Shown in pieces: positions 7,065 through 16,195 of a DNA stretch of 35,537 nucleotides. Position 1 is the stretch's first letter. Every line of letters starts with the position of its first letter. The position numbers were made by a program, and so were the translations under genes. The DNA is from an uncultured Bacillota bacterium (GTDB lineage Bacteria > Bacillota_I > Bacilli_A > RF39 > UBA660), in contig CAMNHZ010000002.1 of the NCBI GenBank assembly GCA_946540075.1, positions 1 through 35,537 on the forward strand. Reading direction: 5' to 3'. The notes below the pieces were generated by a model that saw only the letters and a list, made by a program, of their open reading frames with translations, was not told where the DNA came from and ran no database searches.

Positions 7065-9662
7065 ATGAATAAAATAGTTTTGGTTGATGGAAATAATCTG
7101 TTATTTAGAAGTTATTATGCTACGGCATATTCCGGTAATTTTATGCGTAATAGTAAGGGGTTTCCTACTAATGCTTTATTAGGGTTTGCTAATATGATTA
7201 ATAAGATAATTGATGAAGAAAAACCAGAGTATATTATAGTCGCATTTGATAAGGGTAAAACATTTAGACATAAGAAATATGATTTTTATAAAGGTGAAAG
7301 AAGAGAAACACCTGATGAATTAAAAATACAATTTCCAATTGCTAAAGATATGTTGGATGCAATGGGAATAACTTATTATGAAATTGATAATTATGAAGCT
7401 GATGATATTATTGGGACATTTGCTAAATATTGTGATGATGATCCTGAATTTATTGGAACTATTGTTAGTAGTGACAAAGATTTGTTACAATTAATTAGTT
7501 CCGATATAGATATTAAACTATTAAAACAAAAAGATTATATCAGATATGATTTAGAGGGATTTAAAAAAGAGTATGGTATAGATCCTATTAATATAATTGA
7601 TTTAAAAGCACTTATGGGAGATGCTTCTGATAATATACCAGGTGTCAAAGGTGTAGGAGAAAAAACAGCCTTAAAACTTTTACGTGAATATAAAACGATA
7701 GATAATTTGTATAATCATATTGATGAAATAAAAGGTAAACTAAAAGATAAATTAGTTGATGGTAAAAAAGATGCTTATATGAGTTATGAAATTGCGACTA
7801 TCGTTAAAACTGTACCTATGGATATAAAAATGAGTGATTTAGTATATAAAGGTATTAATGAACAAAAATTAATAAAAATTTATGATGAATTAGAATTTAA
7901 ATCATTAATAAAAAAATTAAATTTAAAAGAATTAAATCATCAGAAAGAAGAAATAAAATATAAAGTTGTTGAAGATCCTAATGATATTAAACTTACTAAA
8001 GATAGTGCGATTTATTTAGAAGTTTTAGGAGTTAATTATCATACAGCTGAAAGATTAGGGTTAGGTTTATATAATGATGTAGATGGTGCATATTTTATAC
8101 CAGAAGATAAGATAGTTGATGCATATCCATTTTTTAGAGATTATATAAAATATACTTATGATTTTAAAAAGTTATATGTAACATTTAAATGGTATAAGTT
8201 AGAAATAACTAATAAAATATTTGATACTATGATTGCAGCTTATTTACTTGATTATAGTGCGAAAGAAGATCCATCTTATTTAGCAAGTGATTTAGGTTAT
8301 AATCTTGATTATACTGAAACAGTTTATGGGAAAAATAAGCGCAAGAAACCTGATCAAGAAGTGATTGCTAAATCGGTTGTAGAACGAGTTAAGTTTATTT
8401 ATGATATTGTTAATAATTTAAAAGAAGAGTTAAAGACACAAGAAGTAGAAGAATTATTCTATGATATTGAAATGCCACTTGCACGAACACTAGGTAATAT
8501 GGAATATAGTGGAGTATGTGTAAACAAAAAAACATTAGATAATATGGGTGAAAAAATTAATGAGAGTATTGATACATTAACTAAGGAAATATACGATTAT
8601 GCAGAGTGCGAATTTAATATTTCTTCTCCAAGAGAACTAGGTAATATTTTATTTGAAAAGTTGGGATTGACACATGGTAAAAAGAATAAACTAGGTTATT
8701 CAACTTCTATTGATGTTCTTAATAAATTAAGAGATAAACATCCAATAGTAAATAAAGTATTAGATTATCGTATGCTTACTAAGTTATATAGTACTTATAT
8801 TGAAGGATTAAAAAATACGATTTTAAATGATGGTAAGATTCATACTATATATACTCAGACATTAACGCGTACAGGAAGATTATCATCGATTGAACCAAAT
8901 CTTCAAAATATTCCTGTTAGAAATGAATATGGTCGAATGATTAGAAAAGCATTTGTTCCTAGTGAAGATTCGATATTAATAAGTAGTGATTATTCACAAA
9001 TTGAACTTAGGGTATTCGCACATATAGCTAATAACGAAACTTTAATTGATGCTTTTAGAAATAATTTAGATATTCATGCCAAAACAGCGGCTGATATTCT
9101 AAGAGTTGATATAAATGATGTAACTAAAGAAATGCGTAGAATAGCTAAGGCAGTAAACTTTGGTATTATATATGGAATTAGTAGTTTTGGACTTTCTGAG
9201 AATGTTGGAATACCAGTTAAAGAAGCAAAGAAATTTATGAATGATTATTTTGCTGCGTATCCTGGTATTAAAGATTATATGGAAAAAAATAAAGAAGAGG
9301 CCAGGCTAAATGGATATGTAAAAACAATATTTAATAGAAAAAGATTGATTCCAGAGATTAATGATAGAAACTTTATAGTAAGAAATCAGGGTGAGAGAAT
9401 CGCACTTAATACTCCAATTCAAGGTAGTGCGGCTGATATTATGAAAAAAGCTATGAATGATGTTGCATTAGAATTTAAAAAGAATGATCTAAAGAGTAAA
9501 TTGATATTGCAAGTACACGACGAAATTATAATAGACTGTAAAAAAGATGAAAAGGATATTGTTGTCAAAATATTAAAAGAAAAAATGGAAAATGCATATA
9601 AGTTAAGTGTACCACTTAAAGTAGATATAAATATTGGTAATACTTGGTATGAGGCAAAATAG
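7065..9662 (+). CDS. polA: DNA polymerase I
   Basis: 5'-nuclease N-domain (LVDGNNLLFRSYYA...GVKGVGEKTA). Family A polymerase motifs DYSQIELR (A), RRIAKAVNFGIIYG (B) and LQVHDE (C). 865 aa. Confidence 0.97.
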   Translation: MNKIVLVDGNNLLFRSYYATAYSGNFMRNSKGFPTNALLGFANMINKIIDEEKPEYIIVAFDKGKTFRHKKYDFYKGERRETPDELKIQFPIAKDMLDAMGITYYEIDNYEADDIIGTFAKYCDDDPEFIGTIVSSDKDLLQLISSDIDIKLLKQKDYIRYDLEGFKKEYGIDPINIIDLKALMGDASDNIPGVKGVGEKTALKLLREYKTIDNLYNHIDEIKGKLKDKLVDGKKDAYMSYEIATIVKTVPMDIKMSDLVYKGINEQKLIKIYDELEFKSLIKKLNLKELNHQKEEIKYKVVEDPNDIKLTKDSAIYLEVLGVNYHTAERLGLGLYNDVDGAYFIPEDKIVDAYPFFRDYIKYTYDFKKLYVTFKWYKLEITNKIFDTMIAAYLLDYSAKEDPSYLASDLGYNLDYTETVYGKNKRKKPDQEVIAKSVVERVKFIYDIVNNLKEELKTQEVEELFYDIEMPLARTLGNMEYSGVCVNKKTLDNMGEKINESIDTLTKEIYDYAECEFNISSPRELGNILFEKLGLTHGKKNKLGYSTSIDVLNKLRDKHPIVNKVLDYRMLTKLYSTYIEGLKNTILNDGKIHTIYTQTLTRTGRLSSIEPNLQNIPVRNEYGRMIRKAFVPSEDSILISSDYSQIELRVFAHIANNETLIDAFRNNLDIHAKTAADILRVDINDVTKEMRRIAKAVNFGIIYGISSFGLSENVGIPVKEAKKFMNDYFAAYPGIKDYMEKNKEEARLNGYVKTIFNRKRLIPEINDRNFIVRNQGERIALNTPIQGSAADIMKKAMNDVALEFKKNDLKSKLILQVHDEIIIDCKKDEKDIVVKILKEKMENAYKLSVPLKVDINIGNTWYEAK

Positions 9663-9666
9663 ATGA

Positions 9667-9695
9667 TTGACATCAATAAACTAATATGATAGTAT
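9667..9695 (+). promoter_or_regulatory. Sigma-A promoter of the serS leader
   Basis: TTGACA (9667-9672), 17-nt spacer, TGaTAGTAT (extended -10, hexamer 9690-9695). It starts 5 nt after the polA stop. Confidence 0.6.
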
Positions 9696-9701
9696 TTTAT
9701 A

Positions 9702-9893
9702 TATAAAGCAATGAAGGAACTAAGTAATAAAGTAATTATTGATAGAGACTTTGTGGGTGGTGTAAACAAAGAATAATCTTTATGAAATCTATTCCAGAGT
9801 GAAATGTAAACATTTCCGGTAAAGCCGTTATCTAAATTAAGTAAAAAGAGGATGGTACCGTCTTATAGACTCCTTATGGTACTATCTTTTTTT
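9702..9893 (+). promoter_or_regulatory. T-box riboswitch leader, predicted Ser specifier (UCU)
   Basis: AGAGA box at 9744-9748. Candidate specifier TCT at 9788-9790, followed by A. T-box core GGATGGTACCGTC at 9850-9862. Terminator stem AGGATGGTACC (9849-9859) pairs with GGTACTATCTT (9878-9888), then a T-run to 9893. It sits directly upstream of serS. Confidence 0.8.
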
Positions 9894-9961
9894 GTTATAA
9901 ATAAAGATGCAAAAGTTTATACATGGCTTTATATGATGTGTTAGATGAGAGGAGAGATAAA

Positions 9962-11239
9962 ATGATTGATATTAAATTAATAAGAGAAAATAAAGAATTA
10001 GTAAAAGAGAATATTAAAAAGAAATTTCAAGATCATAAGTTACCACTTGTTGATGAAGTATATGATTTAGACTTAAGATTTAGAGAAGTAAAAGCGCAAG
10101 GTGATCAACTAAGAAGTTTAAAAAATAATAAGAGTAGTGAAATAGGATCATTAATGCGTGAAGGTAAAAAAGATGAAGCTATGAAGATAAAAGATGAAAT
10201 AGCTAAGTATAATGAAGAAATTAATGATTTAGAAAAAGAAGAAGAGAAATTAACTAAAGAAATAAATGATAGAATGATGGTTATTCCTAATATTATTGAT
10301 GAATCTGTTCCAATTGGTGAAGATGATACTAAAAATGTGGAAATACAAAAATATGGAGAACCAGTTGTTCCAGATTATGAAATACCTTATCATGCTGATA
10401 TTATTGAAAAATTAAATGGTATGGATAAAGATGCTGCAGGTAGAACTAGTGGACAAGGATTTTATTATTTACTTGGTGATATTGCTCGTTTACATGAAGC
10501 TGTGCTTGCATATGCTAGAGATTTTATGATAAGTAAAGGATTTACTTATGCTATTCCACCATTTATGATCAGAAGTGATGTAGTAACAGGTGTTATGAGT
10601 TTTGAAGAGATGGATGCTATGATGTATAAAATTGAAGGTGAAGATTTATACTTAATAGGTACTAGTGAGCATTCAATGATTGGTAAGTTTAAAGATCAAA
10701 TAGTTAAGGAAGATAGTCTTCCTATAACTATGACTTCATATTCACCATGTTTTAGAAAAGAAGGTGGATCACATGGTCTTGAAGAAAGAGGATTATATCG
10801 TGTTCATCAGTTTGAAAAACAAGAAATGATAGTATTATGTAAAGAAGAAGAAGCAATGGATTGGTATAATAAGATGTGGTCATATACGGTAGAATTCTTT
10901 AGAAGTTTGGATGTTCCAGTACGAACACTTGAATGTTGTAGTGGGGATTTAGCTGATTTAAAAGTTAAATCTTGTGATGTAGAAGCATGGAGTCCAAGAC
11001 AAAAGAAATATTTTGAGGTTGGTTCATGTTCAACATTGGGTGATGCACAAGCTAGAAGATTAGGTATTAGAACAAAAGGTAAAAATGGAACATATTATGT
11101 TAATACATTAAATAATACAGTAGTCGCAACTCCACGTGGTTTAATTGCTGTTATAGAAAATAATTATAATGAAGATGGTACTATTACTGTTCCAGAAGTT
11201 CTTAGACCATATATGGGTGGAACTGACATTATAAAATAA
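9962..11239 (+). CDS. serS: Seryl-tRNA synthetase
   Basis: N-terminal coiled-coil arm, class II core (FRKEGGSHGLEERGLYRVHQFEKQE, GSCSTLGDAQARRLGIR, TLNNTVVATPRGLIAVIEN). ATG 9962 with SD GAGAGGAGAG is preferred. The track's ATG 9923 lies only 30 nt beyond the leader terminator and has no SD. Confidence 0.93.
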   Translation: MIDIKLIRENKELVKENIKKKFQDHKLPLVDEVYDLDLRFREVKAQGDQLRSLKNNKSSEIGSLMREGKKDEAMKIKDEIAKYNEEINDLEKEEEKLTKEINDRMMVIPNIIDESVPIGEDDTKNVEIQKYGEPVVPDYEIPYHADIIEKLNGMDKDAAGRTSGQGFYYLLGDIARLHEAVLAYARDFMISKGFTYAIPPFMIRSDVVTGVMSFEEMDAMMYKIEGEDLYLIGTSEHSMIGKFKDQIVKEDSLPITMTSYSPCFRKEGGSHGLEERGLYRVHQFEKQEMIVLCKEEEAMDWYNKMWSYTVEFFRSLDVPVRTLECCSGDLADLKVKSCDVEAWSPRQKKYFEVGSCSTLGDAQARRLGIRTKGKNGTYYVNTLNNTVVATPRGLIAVIENNYNEDGTITVPEVLRPYMGGTDIIK

Positions 11240-11247
11240 TATATATT

Positions 11248-11279
11248 AGAGGTGAGTTTATCATCTCTTTTTTGTTTTT
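11248..11279 (+). terminator. Rho-independent terminator after serS
   Basis: AGAGGTGA (11248-11255), loop GTTTA, TCATCTCT (11261-11268) with one G-U pair, then TTTTTTGTTTTT. Confidence 0.7.
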
Positions 11280-11282
11280 AGA

Positions 11283-11311
11283 TTGACATTTAATGAATAT
11301 TTTTTTATAAT
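11283..11311 (+). promoter_or_regulatory. Perfect-consensus sigma-A promoter
   Basis: TTGACA (11283-11288), exactly 17 nt, TATAAT (11306-11311). Confidence 0.7.
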
Positions 11312-11343
11312 AGGTGTGTCTAAAAAACACAAAAGGAGAATTT

Positions 11344-12006
11344 ATGAAGGAAGAATATAAAAATATAGTTGAATCTGTTATTGGTATATTTACCGAAGTA
11401 GATTCTAAAATAAAGATATTATTAGTAAGAAAAAAAGATGAACCATATAAGAATTATTGGGTATTACCATCTGCTATTTTAAATAATAATGATACTATTG
11501 AAGATAGTTTAAATGATATAGTTATTAATCAGATAGGTCTTTCAGATATTAGTTTTGAGCACGATAATGTATTTGGAAGTTTAGATAGGGATCCAGATAA
11601 GAGAGTAATTGCTTTATCTTATATTAGTTTTATTGATAGTGTTAGTGTTGAATTAAAGAAAGTAGATACTGATTATGAGATTGATTGGTTTGATATTGAT
11701 TCCTTACCTCGTCTTGGATACGATCATGAAAGTATTGTATTGTCAGCTATTAATCGTTTAAAGAAACGTATATATGATATTGATGTTCTTACTAAATTAT
11801 TCCCAAGCGATTTTACTTTACCTGAAATTCAAAGAATATATGAACAGGTATTAGAAACTAAGTTTGATCGTCGTAATTTTAGAAAGAAATTTATCGCACT
11901 TAATTTAATTGAAGATACGGGATATGTTACTGATGGTGTTGGTAGACCAGCAAAATTATATAGATTTAAAGATGATATAAGTGATGGAGATGATTATAAT
12001 GAATAA
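11344..12006 (+). CDS. NrtR-like regulator: degenerate Nudix domain fused to a C-terminal winged-helix domain
   Basis: The C-terminal FTLPEIQRIYEQVLETKFDRRNFRKK...GRPAKLYRF is the hallmark of Nudix-related transcriptional regulators. The Nudix-box region (LPSAILNNNDTIEDSLNDIVINQIGL) lacks REx2EE. ATG 11344 with SD AAGGAG is used. The track's GTG 11314 would lie at or before the predicted transcription start. Confidence 0.65.
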   Translation: MKEEYKNIVESVIGIFTEVDSKIKILLVRKKDEPYKNYWVLPSAILNNNDTIEDSLNDIVINQIGLSDISFEHDNVFGSLDRDPDKRVIALSYISFIDSVSVELKKVDTDYEIDWFDIDSLPRLGYDHESIVLSAINRLKKRIYDIDVLTKLFPSDFTLPEIQRIYEQVLETKFDRRNFRKKFIALNLIEDTGYVTDGVGRPAKLYRFKDDISDGDDYNE

Positions 12007-12487
12007 TAGAGGTTGGGGACTTGATGTAATGCTTAGGCTTTGCTCAGTTATTGGAATTGCTTTGATTGTAGTCGCAATTATTTATAATTTTTATTATAAG
12101 AAAAATGTTGGTGGATTTGATAAGGATGGTGTTGATACTGAATATAATACTTCAGATGAAAACTATCAATATTCCACTGATACTAGAAGCGAAGATGATA
12201 CATATGTTACAGAGTCAAAAAAGACATATGATGATATATTAGAAGAGATGAAAGTGGCTAGTGATACTTATGTAACTAATCATTATAATAATCTTAAATC
12301 AGGATCAGTAAGAATATCATTGGATAGTTTAATTGAAGATAAGTTATTAGATACTATTTATGCATTAGATGATAATACAGTTATTTGTAATGGTTATGTT
12401 GATTATAGTATTAATGGTGGTAGTAAAGAGTATAAATCATATTTAAAATGTGGTGATCTTTATAAGACAGATGGATATCAAGAATAG
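11999..12487 (+). CDS. Small single-pass membrane protein with an acidic/Tyr-rich linker and a Cys-pair C-terminal module
   Basis: ATG 11999 (SD GGAGA 8 nt upstream) overlaps the upstream stop by 8 nt. TM helix LCSVIGIALIVVAIIY. C-terminus ISLDSLIEDKLLDTIYALDDNTVICNGYVDYSINGGSKEYKSYLKCGDLY. No family recognised. Confidence 0.6.
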   Translation: MNNRGWGLDVMLRLCSVIGIALIVVAIIYNFYYKKNVGGFDKDGVDTEYNTSDENYQYSTDTRSEDDTYVTESKKTYDDILEEMKVASDTYVTNHYNNLKSGSVRISLDSLIEDKLLDTIYALDDNTVICNGYVDYSINGGSKEYKSYLKCGDLYKTDGYQE

Positions 12488-12500
12488 TCCATCTGTTTTG
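12465..12500 (+). terminator. Rho-independent terminator overlapping the end of the 11999-12487 gene
   Basis: ACAGATGGA (12467-12475) pairs with TCCATCTGT (12488-12496): 9-bp stem extendable by A-T/G-U pairs, 12-nt loop containing the stop codon, then TTTT. Confidence 0.55.
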
Positions 12501-12509
12501 TAGTATTAA

Positions 12510-12538
12510 TTGAAATTGTATACTATTTTTAGTATAAT
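12510..12538 (+). promoter_or_regulatory. Sigma-A promoter of the dusB-to-nrnA operon
   Basis: TTGAAA (12510-12515), 17 nt, TATAAT (12533-12538). Confidence 0.6.
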
Positions 12539-12576
12539 TATTAGGGTATTTACTAATTAAAATGGTTGGTGATTTA

Positions 12577-13563
12577 ATGGGATTTAAGATTAAAGATATT
12601 AATATTAATAATCAAGTTGTACTGGCGCCAATGGCTGGTATATCTAATCCGGCATATATAAAAATATGTGAAGAAATGGGTGTAGGATATGCAGTTACTG
12701 AATTAATAAGTTCTGAGGCTATAATTAGGAATAATAAAAAGACATTAGATATGTTAAATGGAATAGAATCATTAAATATTCCTGTTGCTGTTCAAATATT
12801 TGGTTCAGATCCTAATCATATGGCTAAGGCTGCTAAAATGTTAGTTGATTTATATAATATTAAGATAGTTGATATTAATATGGGGTGTCCAGTACCTAAG
12901 GTAGCTCTTAAAGCAGAATCTGGAAGTGCTTTATTAAAGAATCCTAAAAAGGTATATGATATTGTAAAGGCAGTAGTAGATGCTGTTTCTATACCAGTCA
13001 CGGTTAAAATAAGAAGTGGTTGGGATAGTAATAGTATTAATGCTAAAGAAATTGCGCATATGATAGAACTTGCAGGAGCAAGCGCTATTACAGTGCATGC
13101 TAGAACTAGATCACAAGGTTATAGTGGAAAAGCTGATTTGGATGTTATAAAGGATGTAAAACAAACTGTTAGTATTCCTGTAATAGGTAATGGTGACATT
13201 AGAAGTTGTTATGATGCTAAAAATATGATTGATTATACTGGTTGTGATGCTATTATGATTGGTAGAGGATTATTAGGAAATCCATGGCTTATTAAAGAAT
13301 GTGTTGATTATTTAGAAAAGAATGTGTTACCAAAAAAAGTTACACCAGAAGAAAAACTTGACATGTTAATATATCATTTTAATTTGTTGATTGAAAATAA
13401 AAATGAGAAGTTAGCTTTACTTGAAATAAGAAGTCATGCTGCTTGGTATTTAAAAGGAATACCAAATACTAGTAAATTAAAAGTAGAAATATGTAAAGTA
13501 ACAGATAAGGATAAGTTCTATCAATTAATAGAAGATTTTAAAAAGGAGTATATTTATGAATAA
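12577..13563 (+). CDS. dusB: tRNA-dihydrouridine synthase
   Basis: Dus-family TIM barrel: VVLAPMAGISN, INMGCPVPKV (catalytic Cys), VTVKIRSGW, ITVHARTR. ATG 12577 (MGFKIKDI..., GGTGA upstream) fits DusB N-termini better than ATG 12562. Confidence 0.92.
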   Translation: MGFKIKDININNQVVLAPMAGISNPAYIKICEEMGVGYAVTELISSEAIIRNNKKTLDMLNGIESLNIPVAVQIFGSDPNHMAKAAKMLVDLYNIKIVDINMGCPVPKVALKAESGSALLKNPKKVYDIVKAVVDAVSIPVTVKIRSGWDSNSINAKEIAHMIELAGASAITVHARTRSQGYSGKADLDVIKDVKQTVSIPVIGNGDIRSCYDAKNMIDYTGCDAIMIGRGLLGNPWLIKECVDYLEKNVLPKKVTPEEKLDMLIYHFNLLIENKNEKLALLEIRSHAAWYLKGIPNTSKLKVEICKVTDKDKFYQLIEDFKKEYIYE

Positions 13564-14161
13564 ATTAAAAAGGAAACATAGGAGAATATTAGCTTATATA
13601 TTTGATATGTTAATAATGATTATCGCAGTTATATTAATACATAATATTATTCCAAGAAGTAGTAATGTAGCTAATTTAAATACTGAATTAAATAATATAA
13701 ATGATTTGTTATTTAGTAAAAAGATAAACTTATTAACATATTACAACCGTTATTCAACAGTTGTCCACAGTGTTGATAAAGAAAATATTTTGTATAGTAT
13801 TATGGACGCTATATACATATTAATTTATTTTGTTATTATTCCTACTTTTGCACATGGAAAAACACTTGGTAAGAAGATTTTCAACATAAAAGTAGTTAAA
13901 ACAGATAAGAGTAAATTAACATGTGATGATTTACTTATGAGAAGTATGGTAGTTAATGGATTACTTTATTTATTATTTTCTTTAGTCGCAGTATTTGTAT
14001 TTAGTGATATAATATACTTTGCGATTGAGATTATTTTAGGAATTATTCAAACTTTCCTTTTAATAACTAGTGTATTTATGGTAATATATAGAAAAGATGA
14101 CAAAGGTTTACAAGATTTACTTGCAAAGACTAGAGTTGTTGATGATAATGAGGTGAAATAA
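13556..14161 (+). CDS. RDD-family integral membrane protein
   Basis: RRILAYIFDMLIMIIAV..., then HGKTLGKKIFNIKVV, then further TM helices: the typical RDD-domain layout. SD AAGGAG. Overlaps the dusB stop by 8 nt. Confidence 0.6.
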   Translation: MNKLKRKHRRILAYIFDMLIMIIAVILIHNIIPRSSNVANLNTELNNINDLLFSKKINLLTYYNRYSTVVHSVDKENILYSIMDAIYILIYFVIIPTFAHGKTLGKKIFNIKVVKTDKSKLTCDDLLMRSMVVNGLLYLLFSLVAVFVFSDIIYFAIEIILGIIQTFLLITSVFMVIYRKDDKGLQDLLAKTRVVDDNEVK

Positions 14162-15654
14162 TGAGAGAATTAACAGAACAAGAACAAGTACGTCATGAAA
14201 AAGCAAAAGCTATCAAAGAGATGGGAATAGATCCTTTTGGACATCGTTTTGAACGTGATAGTTATGCAATGGATATAAAAGAAAAATATAAAGATGTAGA
14301 TCATGATGCGTTTGAAGATATAGATAATACTGCAACAGTTGCAGGTAGAATTATGTTTATAAGAAAAATGGGTAAGGCTTCATTTTTCTCACTAAAGGAT
14401 AAAACAGGTAATATTCAAGTATATATATCAATAAATGATGTAGGTGAAGATGTTTATAAATTATTTAAATCAGCAGATATTGGTGACATTGTTGGTGTAA
14501 AAGGTAAAATAATGAAGACTAGAACTGGTGAGGTTACTATTAAGTGTTTAGAGTATACTCATTTAGTAAAAGCTTTAAGACCATTACCAGAAAAATTCCA
14601 TGGATTAACTGATATCGAAGAAAGATATAGAAGACGTTATGTTGATTTAATGATGAATGATGAATCTAGAAATGTTGCTTTTATTAGACCAAAAATTATA
14701 CGTTGTATTCAAAATTATATGGATGGTAGAGGTTTTACTGAAGTAGAAACACCAGTACTTACTACACTTTTAACTGGAGCGAGTGCTAGACCATTTATTA
14801 CTCATCATAATACTCAAGATTTAGATATGTATCTTAGAATTGCTCTTGAATTACCTTTAAAGAGACTTTTAGTTGGAGGTATGGAAGCTGTTTATGAGAT
14901 AGGAAGAGTATTTAGAAATGAAGGTATGGATCCTAAACATAATCCAGAATTTACATTATTAGAAGCTTACTTAGCTTATTCAGATTTAGATGGTATGATG
15001 GATTTAACTGAGGGAATGTATCAAACTATAGCTCGTGATGTTATTGGAAAGATGACATATAATTGGTATGGTAATGAGATTAACTTAGAAGGTCCATGGA
15101 AAAGAATTTCTATGACTGATGCTATTAAAGAGAAAACAGGTATAGATTTTAAAAGCATTACATCATTAGATGAATGTTTAAAATTAGCGAGTGAACATGA
15201 TATTGAATTAGAAGAACATGAAAAACAATATGGTCATATTATAAATAAGTTCTTTGAAAAGTATGTTGAGGAGACTTTGATACAACCAACATTCTTATAT
15301 GGACATCCACTTGAAATATCACCACTTACTAAGAAAAATCCAGAAGATCCTAGATTCGTAGATAGATTTGAATTATTTATAGGTGGAAAAGAATTTGCCA
15401 ATGCTTATACAGAACTTAATGATCCAGTTGATCAATTAGAAAGATTTGAAGAACAATTAAAGGAAAAAGATTTAGGTAATGATGAAGCAAATGATATTGA
15501 TATGGACTTTATTGAAGCGTTAGAATATGGTATGCCACCTGCTGGAGGTATAGGATATGGTATTGATAGACTTGTTATGTTATTTACAGAGTCTGAATCA
15601 ATTCGTGATGTTATATTATTCCCAACAATGAAACCTTTAAATAAGGATAAATAA
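14161..15654 (+). CDS. lysS: Lysyl-tRNA synthetase, class II
   Basis: N-terminal OB anticodon-binding domain, motif 2 FRNEGMDPKHNPEFT, motif 3 GGIGYGIDRLVM. The start overlaps the upstream stop (TAATG). Confidence 0.97.
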   Translation: MRELTEQEQVRHEKAKAIKEMGIDPFGHRFERDSYAMDIKEKYKDVDHDAFEDIDNTATVAGRIMFIRKMGKASFFSLKDKTGNIQVYISINDVGEDVYKLFKSADIGDIVGVKGKIMKTRTGEVTIKCLEYTHLVKALRPLPEKFHGLTDIEERYRRRYVDLMMNDESRNVAFIRPKIIRCIQNYMDGRGFTEVETPVLTTLLTGASARPFITHHNTQDLDMYLRIALELPLKRLLVGGMEAVYEIGRVFRNEGMDPKHNPEFTLLEAYLAYSDLDGMMDLTEGMYQTIARDVIGKMTYNWYGNEINLEGPWKRISMTDAIKEKTGIDFKSITSLDECLKLASEHDIELEEHEKQYGHIINKFFEKYVEETLIQPTFLYGHPLEISPLTKKNPEDPRFVDRFELFIGGKEFANAYTELNDPVDQLERFEEQLKEKDLGNDEANDIDMDFIEALEYGMPPAGGIGYGIDRLVMLFTESESIRDVILFPTMKPLNKDK

Positions 15655-16184
15655 TGGAAGTATATTTTGTAAGACATGGTAAAACTGATTATAATAATAA
15701 AAAATTATTACAGGGTCGTACTGATATAGATTTAAATGAAGAGGGATTAAAACAAGCTAATACTCTTGGAAGAGAATTACAAACTAAGAATATAGATTTT
15801 ATAATTTCTTCACCACTTAGAAGGGCTCAAGAGACGGCATATAGTTTAAATCTAAATTGTCCTATATTCTTAGATGATAGGTTAATTGAAAGAGAATTAG
15901 GAGAATATGAGGGAAAACCAGTTAGTACATATGATTTTCCAAAGTATAATGATTATAATTTAAATAGTAAAGAAAAAGGTGTTGAGGGAATTCAACAAGT
16001 TATTGAAAGAATTACTAAATTTATTAATGAATTAAAGGTTAATTATAGTGATTCAAAAGTAGTAGTTGTAAGTCATGGGGCATTATTAAGATATGTACCA
16101 TGCTATTTTGAAGGGATACCAGAAGATGGTATGATTAAAACAAATGTATTAAATAATTGTGAGTATTTATACTATAAGATTTAG
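15654..16184 (+). CDS. Histidine phosphatase family protein (phosphoglycerate mutase-like)
   Basis: RHGKTDYN (catalytic RHG), SSPLRRAQETA, VSHGALLR. TAATG overlap with lysS. Confidence 0.85.
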   Translation: MEVYFVRHGKTDYNNKKLLQGRTDIDLNEEGLKQANTLGRELQTKNIDFIISSPLRRAQETAYSLNLNCPIFLDDRLIERELGEYEGKPVSTYDFPKYNDYNLNSKEKGVEGIQQVIERITKFINELKVNYSDSKVVVVSHGALLRYVPCYFEGIPEDGMIKTNVLNNCEYLYYKI

Positions 16185-16195
16185 GAGGAAAAGTT

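Noticed and set aside
9419-9769. 116-aa ORF on the - strand
   Set aside because: It is antisense to the polA 3' end and runs through the serS promoter and T-box leader, so it is spurious.
9962-11239. Possibility that this SerS is an atypical (archaeal-like) form
   Set aside because: Some motif variants (GLEERGLYRVHQF, TLNNTVVATPRG) differ from the bacterial sequences I remember. I cannot distinguish normal lineage divergence from a distinct subtype without an alignment or phylogeny.
12816-13001. 61-aa ORF on the - strand
   Set aside because: It is antisense inside dusB.
15432-15677. 81-aa ORF on the - strand
   Set aside because: It is antisense across the lysS/phosphatase junction, with no independent signals.
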